IMG/VR virus record: IMGVR_UViG_2939319381_000001
Location: 1-64,000 of that record
DNA length: 64,000 nt
Strand: one strand, 5' to 3'
Source of the DNA: a virus
Taxonomy: Duplodnaviria; Caudoviricetes
Under the pieces are notes generated by a model that was given only the letters and a program-made list of their open reading frames with translations, did no database searches and was not told where the DNA came from. How positions within the stretch are numbered: the stretch's first letter is position 1; each line of letters opens with the position of its first letter. The translations under genes and the position numbers were made by a program. Shown here one piece after another: positions 47,148-58,000 of the stretch.

Positions 47148-47966
47148 ATGCGTCGCCCCACGCAGCACCACAACATCCCCGCCATCCACTCGGCGTGGGC
47201 ACACCCGTACACCGGTGTCCCCGCCCTCGGGATGTTCTACAACGACGGCGGCAACCCCCCGGCACCCACCCCGGTGCCCACGCCCGCCGAGCTCGCCGCG
47301 CGCATCACACCTCCCGCCGCGCCCCAGGCCCCACAGACCCCGGTCGACCCGGACGACGAGAAGGTCACCTTCACCCAGCGCCGCCTCAACGTCATCATGC
47401 GAGACCAGAAGGAGGAGGGCCGCCGCGCTGCCCTCCGCGCCCTCGCCGAGACTGCCGGCCTCGACCCCGACCAGGTAGACCTCGACCAGGTCGGCCAGCT
47501 CGTCAAGGAAGCCGGCGAAGCGAACCGGCAGCGCATGAGCGAGGTCGAGCGCCAGCAGGCCGACGCGCAGGCCGCGACCGAGCGCGCAGCCCAGCAGGTC
47601 GCCGACGCCGAGAAGAAGGCCACCGCCGCCCAAGCCCTCGCCTTCCAGGTCCAGCAGCAGATGGCCCTCATCCGCCTCGGCGCCAACCCCGACGACCTCG
47701 CCGACGTCACCGCACTCCTCCGCAACGACCTCCAGGGCATCGACCAGCCCACCGAGGAGCAGATCCGAACGGCGGCCGAGGCCCTCAAGGCCCGCCGCCC
47801 CGCAGACTTCGGCGGCACCGCCCCGCAGACCCTGCCCCCGGCGCCCGGCGGTGGCCCTGCCGGCGGCCCCCCGCCGCGCACCCCCACAGGCGGCAAGGAC
47901 GCCGTGAACGCGAAGGCCCGCGAGCGCGCCGAGCGCATGGGCCTCCGCAAGCCCGAAGCCGCATAA
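47148..47966 (+). CDS. capsid scaffolding protein
   Basis: TFTQ..LN, MSEVERQQ coiled coil and Pro/Gly tail; precedes the capsid genes. Confidence 0.8.
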   Translation: MRRPTQHHNIPAIHSAWAHPYTGVPALGMFYNDGGNPPAPTPVPTPAELAARITPPAAPQAPQTPVDPDDEKVTFTQRRLNVIMRDQKEEGRRAALRALAETAGLDPDQVDLDQVGQLVKEAGEANRQRMSEVERQQADAQAATERAAQQVADAEKKATAAQALAFQVQQQMALIRLGANPDDLADVTALLRNDLQGIDQPTEEQIRTAAEALKARRPADFGGTAPQTLPPAPGGGPAGGPPPRTPTGGKDAVNAKARERAERMGLRKPEAA

Positions 47967-48070
47967 CCAGCACCACTCCGAAGACCAGGGACCACGCCCT
48001 CACCCCCCGTGGACGGCACCACGCAGGTGCCCTCTCACACATTCCGCGATCATCGCGAAAGGGGTTCGGC

Positions 48071-48805
48071 GTGGACATCCAGCCGTACACCATCACCGAG
48101 TCGTACGCAGTCGGCCGACCGTGGCTGATGAGCATGCTCGGCATCGAAGCAAACCAGACGATCACCCTCGACCTCAGCGCGTTCGACGAGACCCTCCACT
48201 GGACCGAGGCGTCGAAGTACCAGCCCGAGCGGAAGCTCAAGTCCGGCATCCCCCTCGGCAAGAACACCACGACGGGCCTGTTCGAGCCGTACGCCGCCGT
48301 CACCAACGAGGTCCAGACCCTCACCGTCACCGGCGGCCCGACCGGCGGAACGTTCACCATCACCTGGTCCGGGCAGACCACCGCGGCGATCGCCTACAAC
48401 GCCACCGCCGCCGTCGTCCAGACCGCCCTCGAAGCCCTGTCCAACGTGGCCCCCGGCGACGTCGTCGTCACCGGCGCAGCGGGCGGACCCTGGACCCTCA
48501 CCTGGGGTGGAGCCCAGCTCGGCGAGAACGTCGCCGCGCCGACGACCACCGAGACGTTCACCGGCGGCACCAGCCCCGACATCACCATCGCCACCACCAC
48601 GGCCGGAGGAACCGCAGCCACCGCAAACGGCACGGACGTTTTCGCCGGGTTCCTCTTCACCGAGGTGTCGTTCTACCCCACCACCACGAAGGTCGCCGCG
48701 CCGCTGATGGTCCACGGCCAGGTCGACGTGGCCAAGCTCCCCGTCGCCTTCGACCCGACCGACGCCCCGGCCGGATCCAACACCCAGTTCGTCTACAAGG
48801 TCTGA
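48071..48805 (+). CDS. head decoration protein with an inserted beta-rich domain
   Basis: LKSGIPLGK...GLFEPY / GFLF...HG.V..AKLPV halves flank an EVQTLTVTG.. domain. Confidence 0.8.
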   Translation: MDIQPYTITESYAVGRPWLMSMLGIEANQTITLDLSAFDETLHWTEASKYQPERKLKSGIPLGKNTTTGLFEPYAAVTNEVQTLTVTGGPTGGTFTITWSGQTTAAIAYNATAAVVQTALEALSNVAPGDVVVTGAAGGPWTLTWGGAQLGENVAAPTTTETFTGGTSPDITIATTTAGGTAATANGTDVFAGFLFTEVSFYPTTTKVAAPLMVHGQVDVAKLPVAFDPTDAPAGSNTQFVYKV

Positions 48806-48815
48806 GGAGAACCCC

Positions 48816-49883
48816 ATGCCGAACGACATGCTTGAGGTCCTCCTGCGGGACATCAACCCCACCGAGATCAACGCGTTCGTCCGCCAGATCCAGACCCCCG
48901 CCGACTACTACCTCACCCAGTCCGTGATCCCCGAGCGGACCGTGAACTCGGTGAAGTGGCAGGCTCGCGGAACGAAGCGACGCGTCGCCGCCGCCTCCTA
49001 CCGCGCGTGGGACGCCCAGACGAAGGTCGCAACCCGCGAGATCTCCCGCTGGGTCACCGAAGGCAAGCTCCTGCCCCTGGGGCAGAAGTACATCGTCGGC
49101 GAGCTGGAGACCATCCTCCAGAACGTGCAGCGCGGCATGGACGGCGACGACCTCGTCCAGTCCATCTACGAGGACGCCGCCGCCCACGTCCTGTCGATCA
49201 AGTCCCGCATGGAGCTCGCCGCCGGCGACATCCTCGCCGACGGCAAGTTCACCCTGGAAGGGGAGAACGGGCTGACGATCGAGGCCGACCACAACGTCCC
49301 GGCCGGGAACATGCCGATCGCCCCCGTCGCCTGGACCAACCCGGCCGCGGACATGCTCGCTGACGAGCTCCGCTGGATCGAGTACCTCCGCTCCAAGGGC
49401 GCCCCGCGCCCCGCGAGCGCCCTGACGTCCTACAAGGGCATGACGCTGGCAATGGCCAACGACTCCTACCGGGCCGCCTACCACCGATCGGTCAGCCCCA
49501 GCGCCACACCGACCGCCGTCCTGTCCCCGTCCGACGTCAACGTCGTCCGCGCGCAGTACAACCTGCCGCCGATCGTCGACTACGACGTCATGATCGACCT
49601 GGACGACGGCACCAACACCCGCGCCCTGCCCGAGAACATGTTCTTCCTCCTCCCGCCGGACACCCGGCAGATGGCGGAAACCCAGTACGGGCTCACCGCC
49701 GAAGGCATCGTCCTCTCCTCGGGCGGCAACCCGTCCATCGACAGCGAAGAGGCCCCCGGCATCATCGTCACCTCCGGCTACCAGGACGACCCGGTCCAGG
49801 TCTGGTCGAAGGGCGCCGCGGCCGCGCTCCCGGTCATGTACACCTCGGACATCCACATCGCCGCGACGATCTGGGACGAGTGA
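48816..49883 (+). CDS. major capsid protein (lambda gpE-like)
   Basis: 355 aa; YRAWDAQ, RMELAAGDIL..GK and terminal ALPV; follows the decoration gene. Confidence 0.92.
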   Translation: MPNDMLEVLLRDINPTEINAFVRQIQTPADYYLTQSVIPERTVNSVKWQARGTKRRVAAASYRAWDAQTKVATREISRWVTEGKLLPLGQKYIVGELETILQNVQRGMDGDDLVQSIYEDAAAHVLSIKSRMELAAGDILADGKFTLEGENGLTIEADHNVPAGNMPIAPVAWTNPAADMLADELRWIEYLRSKGAPRPASALTSYKGMTLAMANDSYRAAYHRSVSPSATPTAVLSPSDVNVVRAQYNLPPIVDYDVMIDLDDGTNTRALPENMFFLLPPDTRQMAETQYGLTAEGIVLSSGGNPSIDSEEAPGIIVTSGYQDDPVQVWSKGAAAALPVMYTSDIHIAATIWDE

Positions 49884-49886
49884 CCG

Positions 49887-50261
49887 ATGGGCGCCCAGCT
49901 GACGGGGACCGTGCACGTCACGGACCCGGACACCCACCAGATGGTGGAGCTCGCCCCGGGGACGTGCCCGGAGCCGCGCCTGGCCGTCCTGGTGACGAAC
50001 CCGGCCGCCTGGGTCGACGGGAAGCTCCCACGCCTCCCGAAGACCAAGACGGAGGGCGACAGCGGCCCTTCCGGAAGCGACCCGGACGGCGCCTCTGGCG
50101 ACGCCTCGGGAGACACCGGCAGCACTGACCCCCAGTCCGACGAGACGGAGCCCACCGAGGGCGGCACCTCCGACGACACCAAGCCGGCCGCGCGCAAGAC
50201 CGCGGCCAAGAAGCCGGCCCGGGGCCGGACGGCCGCCGCTGAGGGCACCGGCGGCCAGTAA
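49887..50261 (+). CDS. virion-associated hypothetical protein
   Basis: Post-capsid position; VTNPAAW motif. Confidence 0.6.
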   Translation: MGAQLTGTVHVTDPDTHQMVELAPGTCPEPRLAVLVTNPAAWVDGKLPRLPKTKTEGDSGPSGSDPDGASGDASGDTGSTDPQSDETEPTEGGTSDDTKPAARKTAAKKPARGRTAAAEGTGGQ

Positions 50262-50352
50262 GCGGTAGTGGGCCCGGCACCCGGTGGGGCGCCGGAGGCC
50301 GGGCCCGCACCTGCACCCCCTTCCCAGCCCACCCCCAGACCTGGAGGACCCG

Positions 50353-50685
50353 GTGGACACAGACGTACGCGCCTGGCTTCTCTCCGAGCTCGGCCCGACC
50401 ACCGACCTGCCCGACCTGGAGCAGCGCTACACCCGCCTCCAGTCCGGGCGAGCAGTGGCCATCGAGGTAACCCGCGAGCGCCTTGCTGCGCTGCGCGGCC
50501 AGCCGTCCACGGTGAACGTCTCCGGGGTTGTGTCCGTGTCGTACACGGAGACCATCAAGGCGTACGAACGCCAGCTCGCGCTTCTCGTCGCGGGTGAGCC
50601 CCCAGCGCCCGACGACCCCGCCGGCCAAGACACCAGCGGAGATGGATTCGGTCTCATTCGGCTCGTCGAACGGCCCCGCCGATGA
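50353..50685 (+). CDS. head-tail adaptor
   Basis: GGAGG RBS; synteny. Confidence 0.65.
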   Translation: MDTDVRAWLLSELGPTTDLPDLEQRYTRLQSGRAVAIEVTRERLAALRGQPSTVNVSGVVSVSYTETIKAYERQLALLVAGEPPAPDDPAGQDTSGDGFGLIRLVERPRR

Positions 50686-51533
50686 GCACCCCCACCCAGA
50701 TCCGGCCGGACCGGCAGCGCACGGAACTCCTCACCCTCATCGCCGCGTCCGCAGCGCAGCTCTCCCGACCGTGGGACCGCCTCGCCACCGCGCAGCAGGA
50801 CCTCCTCGCGACCCTGGAGCTCATCCAGCCCGGAGTGGGGGCCACCCGGCAGGCCCGGGCTGCGGTCAACGAGTTCAACCAGCAGGTCGCCCAGTTCGAC
50901 CGGGACGCCCGCGCGTTCACCACACGGTGGGCAGCCACCGACCTCCCCACCGCATACCGCGACGGGGCCCTCCAAGCCCTGCGCCGGGCGAACCGCAGCA
51001 TCACGAGGTTCCGGTGGACCGTCGACCACCAGGCCACCGTCACCCCACTGACCGCCGTGTTCTACGCCGACCTGATCCGCCGCATCCAGGAGACCGTACG
51101 CCGAGCGCAGGCCTTCGCCCGGGCAGCGCAGGACGCAGTCCGGGACGTGGTCGTCGGCCGCCACCACGACGGCATCGACCGAACCAAGCTGGCCTCCGAC
51201 CATCCCCTCGACAAGGTGATTTACGCCGATCAGTCCCGGCACCCCGTGGCCTCCTGGGCGCGATCCGCCTTGTCGTGGCAGGGAGTGGTGTCCGCGAACG
51301 CGGGTGCGGTCAACACCGCGCGCTGGGAACTGGGCGCCGAGTGGATGCAGTGCGTGGACGGCCCCGAGTGCGGGTTCGTCTCGCACGAGGACACCGACCA
51401 CGCGAGCGGCACGATCCGCAGCCTCGACGACGCCGCCATGTACCCCGCCGCCCACCACGGGTGCATCCGCGAGTGGATACCGCGCCCGGACCTCAACGGG
51501 CGAACCGACATCGAATCCGGAGACTCGATATGA
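50682..51533 (+). CDS. minor capsid / MuF-like protein
   Basis: DGPECG...H.D...AHHGCIREW motif. Confidence 0.75.
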   Translation: MSTPTQIRPDRQRTELLTLIAASAAQLSRPWDRLATAQQDLLATLELIQPGVGATRQARAAVNEFNQQVAQFDRDARAFTTRWAATDLPTAYRDGALQALRRANRSITRFRWTVDHQATVTPLTAVFYADLIRRIQETVRRAQAFARAAQDAVRDVVVGRHHDGIDRTKLASDHPLDKVIYADQSRHPVASWARSALSWQGVVSANAGAVNTARWELGAEWMQCVDGPECGFVSHEDTDHASGTIRSLDDAAMYPAAHHGCIREWIPRPDLNGRTDIESGDSI

Positions 51534-51769
51534 GCGAGCAGCGGATAGGCCCGATCCTTGATGGGCTCGGGGCAAGCATCGAGCTCGACGATGGTGACCT
51601 TGTGGCGTCCGCGCTCGTCATCGCAAAGGTTGTCGACTCGAACGGCGAGGTCTCCCTCGCGCTGAGCACCAGCAAAGGGCTTTCGTGGATTGATCAAAAC
51701 GGTCTGGTCATGTCCGCCCGCCAAATTCTCGACCAACGCCACATTGGGCTCAAGGAGGACGGCGAATGA
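51530..51769 (+). CDS. small phage protein
   Basis: ATGA-coupled; LDDGDLVASALVIAK...WIDQNGL. Confidence 0.6.
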   Translation: MSEQRIGPILDGLGASIELDDGDLVASALVIAKVVDSNGEVSLALSTSKGLSWIDQNGLVMSARQILDQRHIGLKEDGE

Positions 51770-52149
51770 CCACCCCCGCCGAGCCGTCCGCTTACGGCGT
51801 GCAGATTGACGCCCAGCCAGGCCAAGCCAGGATCCGCCTGAACGGTGATGCGCTCCCCGCGAACCAGGTCACCGGGTACGTCCTGGAACACGACGTCGCG
51901 GCCGCGCTACCCACCCTGGTGCTCCACACCCGTCAGCCCGACCACGTCCAGTGGCAGGGGCTCGCTCGCGTCGCTGTCGCCGACCCCGCTCAGGACGACG
52001 GGCAGGTGGTGGCCGCGTTCCTGCAGAACGTCGACCCCGGCGCCCTGGCGCGGGCCGCGCTGGAGCGTGACGACCTCGACGGCAGCCCCAACGAGCTGAC
52101 CGTGGCGATGCTCAAGCAGCTCGCCGACTGGGCGCAGGGGAGGGCCTGA
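51766..52149 (+). CDS. hypothetical virion-region protein
   Basis: AGGAGG RBS; coupled. Confidence 0.6.
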   Translation: MTTPAEPSAYGVQIDAQPGQARIRLNGDALPANQVTGYVLEHDVAAALPTLVLHTRQPDHVQWQGLARVAVADPAQDDGQVVAAFLQNVDPGALARAALERDDLDGSPNELTVAMLKQLADWAQGRA

Positions 52150-52595
52150 TGCAGGGCCTCGACGACGCGCTCCGAGGGGTGGTTGGGTGGATCGGGGAGA
52201 ACCTCCTCATCGATACCGTCCGCATCACCCTGCCTCCCACCGGCGAGCCCGTCTTCAACGAGGACACCGGGGAGCTGGAGTACCCCGACGGCGACGTCCT
52301 CTACGAAGGGCCTGGGGGCGTGCAGGGCTCCTCGGCGCAGGCGGAGATCGTCGCCACCCCCGACCGGAACTTGCCCTGGACGTCCGAGACCACCTCCCGG
52401 TACCGGCTTTTCACCCCCCTATCCGCACCCATCGCGCAGAAGGACGCCGTCGTCACCGTCGTCGGTGTCCACGACACCACCCGCACCGGGCTCATCGGCC
52501 GGTCGTGGATCGTCACCGACCCCGGCCGGGCAGGCACCGTCGAAGTTGTCCGTATCACCCCCCTCGATCAGCTACGGACCGAGGTGACTCCATGA
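52149..52595 (+). CDS. head closure protein (DUF6093-like)
   Basis: DTVRIT...TGELEY...LYEGPG; synteny. Confidence 0.75.
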   Translation: MQGLDDALRGVVGWIGENLLIDTVRITLPPTGEPVFNEDTGELEYPDGDVLYEGPGGVQGSSAQAEIVATPDRNLPWTSETTSRYRLFTPLSAPIAQKDAVVTVVGVHDTTRTGLIGRSWIVTDPGRAGTVEVVRITPLDQLRTEVTP

Positions 52596-52981
52596 CCCCC
52601 GACGAGCTCGCCGACCGCCTCGACCGCGCCGCGACCCGCGTCGGGCCCGCCATCCAGCGCGCCGTACGCCACACCGGGGAACTCGGCCGTGCCCGCATCC
52701 GGGGAAACGCATCCGGCAGGCCCGGGCCGAACGTCATCACCGGGGCGTACCGCAACAGTTGGGAGACGCACAACCGGCGCCTGCCGTACGGGGCGATGTG
52801 CACCATCGGCACCAACGCACCCCAGGGCCGACGCCTCGAGTTCGGGTTCATGGGCATGACCGACAGCCTCGGCCGCACCTACCACCAGCCACCGTTCCCG
52901 CACGTTGGCCCCGCCATCGACTTCATCGGGGCGACGCTGATGATGGAGATGCGGTTCGCGGTCGCGGAGGTGCTCCGGTGA
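52592..52981 (+). CDS. HK97 gp10-like tail completion protein
   Basis: TGAYRNSW...RRLEFG...PFPHVGPA. Confidence 0.85.
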   Translation: MTPDELADRLDRAATRVGPAIQRAVRHTGELGRARIRGNASGRPGPNVITGAYRNSWETHNRRLPYGAMCTIGTNAPQGRRLEFGFMGMTDSLGRTYHQPPFPHVGPAIDFIGATLMMEMRFAVAEVLR

Positions 52982-53427
52982 TCGCCCGCCGCCCCGTCAC
53001 CATCGCCCTGGCCGCGCTTCTCACCTCGGCAAGCAACAGGCCCGTCGGGCGCGGGAAGAAACCCCCGGGGAACTCGCAGCACTACTACCTGCTGTACTCC
53101 CTCGACGCCGCCGTCGCTGGCCCGCCGCTTGCCGATGAGAACGAGGACCTGTCTCCGGTCTATCAGGTCACCTCCGTGTCCGGGCCCGACCCGGCCCGGC
53201 CTAACAGCAGCGGTGACCCGGACCAGGTGGAGTGGATGGCTGACAAGGCCCGCGAAGTCTTCCTCGGCCGCCACCCGGGCACCGGCCTGTGGCTCCACCC
53301 CATCATCGTCACCGGCGTGAAGGTCATGGGTCGGTCCCTCGACGTCGAACCGGGGGGAACGAATGACCCCGCAGATGGGATCATCAGTTACGTACAGAGG
53401 TTCAGGTTCGACCTGACCCCCGCCTGA
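52978..53427 (+). CDS. tail terminator
   Basis: YYLLY...YQVTSV; precedes the major tail gene. Confidence 0.7.
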   Translation: MIARRPVTIALAALLTSASNRPVGRGKKPPGNSQHYYLLYSLDAAVAGPPLADENEDLSPVYQVTSVSGPDPARPNSSGDPDQVEWMADKAREVFLGRHPGTGLWLHPIIVTGVKVMGRSLDVEPGGTNDPADGIISYVQRFRFDLTPA

Positions 53428-53529
53428 CCCAGTCAGGCCGCACAACCGCACCGCGGCGGGACCCCACGCGGACGCCACCACGCAGGTGGCCGCACCCACA
53501 CCACATGTGAGGACAAGGGGTCCACCATC

Positions 53530-54003
53530 ATGGCCAGGTTCCAGCGCAAGGGCATCTCGAAGATCCTCTTCGCCGAGACGATTGCCAACGCCGGCTACAT
53601 GCCCACCAGTGCCGAGGTCACCGGCGCGACCGACTACTCCCGGCAGATTGCCGCCGTCGACGGCTTCACCCTCGAGAACCAGATGATCGAGACGCCCGAC
53701 ATGGCGTCCACGTTCGTCTCCAAGATCGGCGGCGACGACTCGGCCGCCGACTCCAGCATCACGTTCTACGAGGACGACGACCTCGACGACATCGAGACCG
53801 ATCTCGCCAAGGGCACCACCGGCTTCATCATCATCTGCCGCAAGGGCAAGGCCGCTACCACGCCCGGCATGGATGTCTTCCCGGTGACGGTCTCCTCCAA
53901 CAGTGCGGCGATCACCCTCGACAACGAGGCCGCGAAGATCGTCGTCAGCTTCGCGATCACCGACCGGCCGCTCCTCAACGCGACCGTTCCCTCCGGCCCC
54001 TGA
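53530..54003 (+). CDS. major tail tube protein
   Basis: Synteny; PTSAEV...GTTGFIII...DVFPV. Confidence 0.85.
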   Translation: MARFQRKGISKILFAETIANAGYMPTSAEVTGATDYSRQIAAVDGFTLENQMIETPDMASTFVSKIGGDDSAADSSITFYEDDDLDDIETDLAKGTTGFIIICRKGKAATTPGMDVFPVTVSSNSAAITLDNEAAKIVVSFAITDRPLLNATVPSGP

Positions 54004-54104
54004 CCGGCCCCTCTCAGCTCCCGGCCGGGCCCGACGCGTGTTCGGGAAGGGGCGCCGTCGGCGCCTGGCCGGGTCCCCTTCCCCTCTGATGGAGGACCAC
54101 CCTC

Positions 54105-54659
54105 ATGCCCACCAAGACCACCACACCCGCCCCGCCGCCCGCCGCCGTTGCGGCCGACGCGCACTGGGCAGCCAAGCGGGAGAAGCTCGCCAACCGGATT
54201 CGCCCGACGGTCTCCCTGACGATCTGCGACGACCTCGACCTCCGAGTCGCCCTGGACACGGCCAGGAGCAACCTGCGCCGTATCAAGGCGGCAGCAGAGG
54301 ACCGGCAGGACGACGCCACCGGACCTGAGGCGGTCGCCCTTGCCGAGGAGGACCTGGCGGCCGCTCAGGCCGCGTTCGATGAGGCAGCCATCGTGCTCCG
54401 GTTCCGGGCCCTGCCCCGCCTCGAGTTCGAGGCGCTGAAGAAGGCGCATCCGGCGACGGAGGAGCAGGCCGAGGACGGTCACGACCTGAACGTCGAATCT
54501 CTCGGCCCCGAGCTGGTCGCCAAGTCCTCGGTGGACGGCATGACCGTGGACGACGCCCGCGAATTCCTCGACACATGGTCTCCCGGTGAGGCCACGGCCC
54601 TGTTCAACGCCGCGTGGAACATCCAGGAAGCGGCGCGCATGGACCTGGGAAAAGGCTGA
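54105..54659 (+). CDS. tail assembly chaperone (gpG)
   Basis: Between the tail tube and tape measure genes; ends at a slippery site. Confidence 0.85.
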   Translation: MPTKTTTPAPPPAAVAADAHWAAKREKLANRIRPTVSLTICDDLDLRVALDTARSNLRRIKAAAEDRQDDATGPEAVALAEEDLAAAQAAFDEAAIVLRFRALPRLEFEALKKAHPATEEQAEDGHDLNVESLGPELVAKSSVDGMTVDDAREFLDTWSPGEATALFNAAWNIQEAARMDLGKG

Positions 54660-55051
54660 TCCGGGATGAACGCCTGCGAGAAGAACTCGCCCTCTGCGAC
54701 CGGTGGGGCATCCCGCACTCCCTGTTCCGGGGCATCGGTGACGGCACCTGGACGGCCCGCGACCGGGCCAAGGCCCGCGCCTACCTGGAGTACCAGCGCA
54801 CCGTGTGCCCGCAGTGCAACACCCGCCCCGACGACTGGGACCACGGCGGCCCCGACGAAGAGGACGCCTACGCAGTCACCGTCCAGCGGTGCGTCGGCTG
54901 CCAGGTCCTCGCCGACCGGCAGGACCAGCTGGGCCGCGACGGCATCGACACGAACGGCGTCAAGGTCGGCCTGATCCCCGCCGCGGCGGCGGCCGCCATC
55001 AAGGCGCAACGCGAACTCGCCGGACACCGGCACACCGGCCACGACGACTGA
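54647..55051 (+). CDS. gpGT extension by -1 programmed frameshift at GGGAAAA (54647-54653)
   Basis: X XXY YYZ heptamer just before the gpG stop; -1 frame open to 55051. Confidence 0.85.
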   Translation, partial: GKRLIRDERLREELALCDRWGIPHSLFRGIGDGTWTARDRAKARAYLEYQRTVCPQCNTRPDDWDHGGPDEEDAYAVTVQRCVGCQVLADRQDQLGRDGIDTNGVKVGLIPAAAAAAIKAQRELAGHRHTGHDD

Positions 55052-55078
55052 ACAGCACGGAGAGGGGAGGGCGGCACG

Positions 55079-58000
55079 GTGGCGAACTGGAACCTGAGCG
55101 TGGACCTGCGCGGCCACGGCAACGACCTGGCCCAGTCCCTCAAGTCCGCTTCCAAGCACGCCCGGACCCTCGGCACCCACGCCCGGGCAGCCAGGTCGGA
55201 TGTGCGGGAGCTGGGGCGGGCGTCCCAGACCGCGTCCCGGCACATCCGGACCCTCGGCAACGAAGCCCGTACCGCCGGACGCCACGTCAGCACCTTCGGC
55301 AACCACGCCCGTACTGCCGGCCGGAACCTCGGCCGGTACGGGGACGCCGCCCGTACGGCGAACCGGCACCTCAACTCCCTCGGCGGGAACAGCCGCACCG
55401 CCGGCCGGGACCTGGCCCGCATGTCGAACCAGATCGACAGTGCGGTCCGGGACCTGAACCGCCTGGCGCAAGCCGCTCAGCGGGCGTCCACCGGCATGCG
55501 TGGCGTCGGGTCCGGCGGCACGCGCAGCCTCCGTCAGATGCGGGCCGAGACCGGGCGTCTCCGCCACCAGCTCACCGGCCTGGCCGCCCTCATGTCCGGC
55601 GGCGCCCTCGTCATGGGCTTCGGCGGGATGATCAAGCACGGCAACGAATACCAGCAGTCGATGAACACCTTCGGTGCCGTGACCTCGGCGACCGCGATCC
55701 AGATGCAGCGCGCGGCCGCCACCGCGAACCAGCTCGGCGGCGACCTCACCCTCCCCGCCGCCACCGCCGCCGGCGCCGCCGAGTCCATGGTCGAACTCGC
55801 CAAGGCCGGCTTCCGCACCGACCAGGCCATCTCCGCGACCCGCGCGTCCCTCACCCTGGCCTCCGCCGCCAACGTCTCCGCCGCCGACTCCGCCAGGTAC
55901 CTCGGCGACATGATGGACCAGTTCGGCATGGGCGCCGACCAGGCCTCTCGCGCCGCCGACACCCTCGCCGCGACCGCGAACAACGCCTCCGGCGACATCA
56001 TCGACATCTACTACGCCATGAAGTACGCGGGCCCCGTCGCCCACGGCCTCGGCGTCAGCATGGAAGAAGCCGCGTCTGCGGTCGGCATGCTCGGCAAGGC
56101 AGGCATCCTCGGCCAGACCGCTGGCACGACCCTGCGCGGCATGATGGCCAACCTCGCCGCCCCCACCAAGCAGATGAAGCAGGGCCTCACCGACATGGGG
56201 ATCGAGGCGTGGGACGCGACCGGAAAGTTCAAGGGGCTTCGGTACGTCATCGAGGGCCTGTCCAAGGCCCAGCACTCCATGACCCAGCAGGACTTCACCG
56301 CCGCGGTGAAGAAGTCCATGGGCAAGCCGGCCATGTCCGGTGCGATCGCCCTCGCCCACCAGGGCACCGACAGCTTCGACGGGCTGATGGCCGCCGTGAC
56401 CCGCACCGGTGCCGCATCCGACATCGCCGCGGCGAAGGGCCTAGGCCTCGCTGGTTCCATGGTCCAGCTCAAGGCCAAGTCCGAGCAGGCCGGCCTCGCC
56501 ATCTACACCGGCATCGCCCCCGGCCTGGAGTACATGATCCGCGGACTCACCACCGGGATCTCCAACGCCACCCCGAGGATCGAAGCGTTCTTCAAGTACC
56601 TCAACGACGCCGCGACCCTCTTCGGCCCCGACGTCTCCTCCGCCGCCCGCTCCACGTTCAACGGCATCGGTGACGCAGCGAAGGGCATGCTCGAGCCGTT
56701 CAAGGAGATCGGCGGCGACGCCGTCGCATCCGCCCTCCATGTCCTGCTGTCCGTCGGCCAGATGGTCGTCACCGTCTTGGAGAACCTGACCAAGGGGGCA
56801 GAACCCGTCGCGGAAGCGCTCGGCGAAGTCGCCGGCAAGGGCGAAGGGGTCGCTACCGCCCTGGACGTCGTCGTCTTTGTCCTGGACGCCGCGACCAGCG
56901 CTGTATCGGCTCTCTCGGCAGTCCTTGGGCCGATCGGCGCACTGGTCGGCGTCCTCGTATCCGGTTTCGCGTCCCTGCCGGGACCCGTGCAGGCAGCTGT
57001 CCTGTCGATGCTCCTCATGCGGCGCGTCGGCCCCATAGCCCAGACCCTCGCCGGGAACATCGGTGGCCGCCTCACCGGCGCCTACCAGTCCCTGAACCAA
57101 CAGATGGCCGTGCAGCGCTCCCTCGCGGCTACCTCCGGGCAGTCCCTCACCCGCTACGGGGCCGCCATGGCGGTCCTCCAGACACGCGTCCCCGTGATCG
57201 GCGCGGTGGGGTCCGCCTTCCGAACCGCAGCCGTGCAAGGGAACCGGTTCACCGGCACCCTCCGCGGAGTAAGCGCTGCGGCCGGTGCTGGCATGCGCGG
57301 AGCGATGAGCGGCCTATCCGGTGCCCTTGGCGGCCCATGGGGTCTGGCCATGGTCGGCGCGACGATGCTCCTCGGTACCTACCTGAGCGCCCAGCAGGAT
57401 GCCGCAGCCGCCGCCGCCCAGCACAAGGCGTCCGTGGACGGCCTCACGTCCGCCCTGCGGGAATCCAACGGAGCCATCACCGAGAACGTCCGCACCCAGG
57501 CGGCACAGACTCTCGCCGACACGAAGATCACGCAGAAGAACATCGGCGTCAACACCTCCCTCATGAAGGTCCTGGAGAACAAGGGGCACACCCTCCAGGA
57601 CGTCACCGACGCATATCTCGGCCAGCGCGGCAGCATCAAGGACCTCGCCGCCGAGATGGAATCTCTCGCCAAGAAGGAACTGGAGAAGGGGGGAGACGGA
57701 TCGGCTAAGCGCGTCACCGAGTACGGGCTCGCCGCCAAGGCGCTGCGCGGCATGTCCGGGGACGCGGAGACGGCCGCGAAGAACGCCAAGGACCTCGACA
57801 ACGCAGTATCCGGGCGTGGCGTCACCGCCTACAGCCGGCTCAAGGACGCGGTTGGCGCGCTCGCGGACAAGACTGCGGATGCCGACTCCCGCACCAGGGC
57901 CCTCCGCGACGCCCTCGACCTGCTGTCCGGCGGATCTGTCTCCCTCCAGGCCGCCCAGGCCCGCGTGAACGAGGCGATCACCCAGGCCAACGAATCCCTC

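Noticed and set aside
46029-48805. Long ORF calls 46029-47966 and 46349-48805
   Set aside because: The N-terminal parts overlap the portal or scaffold genes in other frames; real starts are about 47148 and 48071
55200-55430. 42-bp periodic repeats
   Set aside because: Normal 14-aa tape measure repeats
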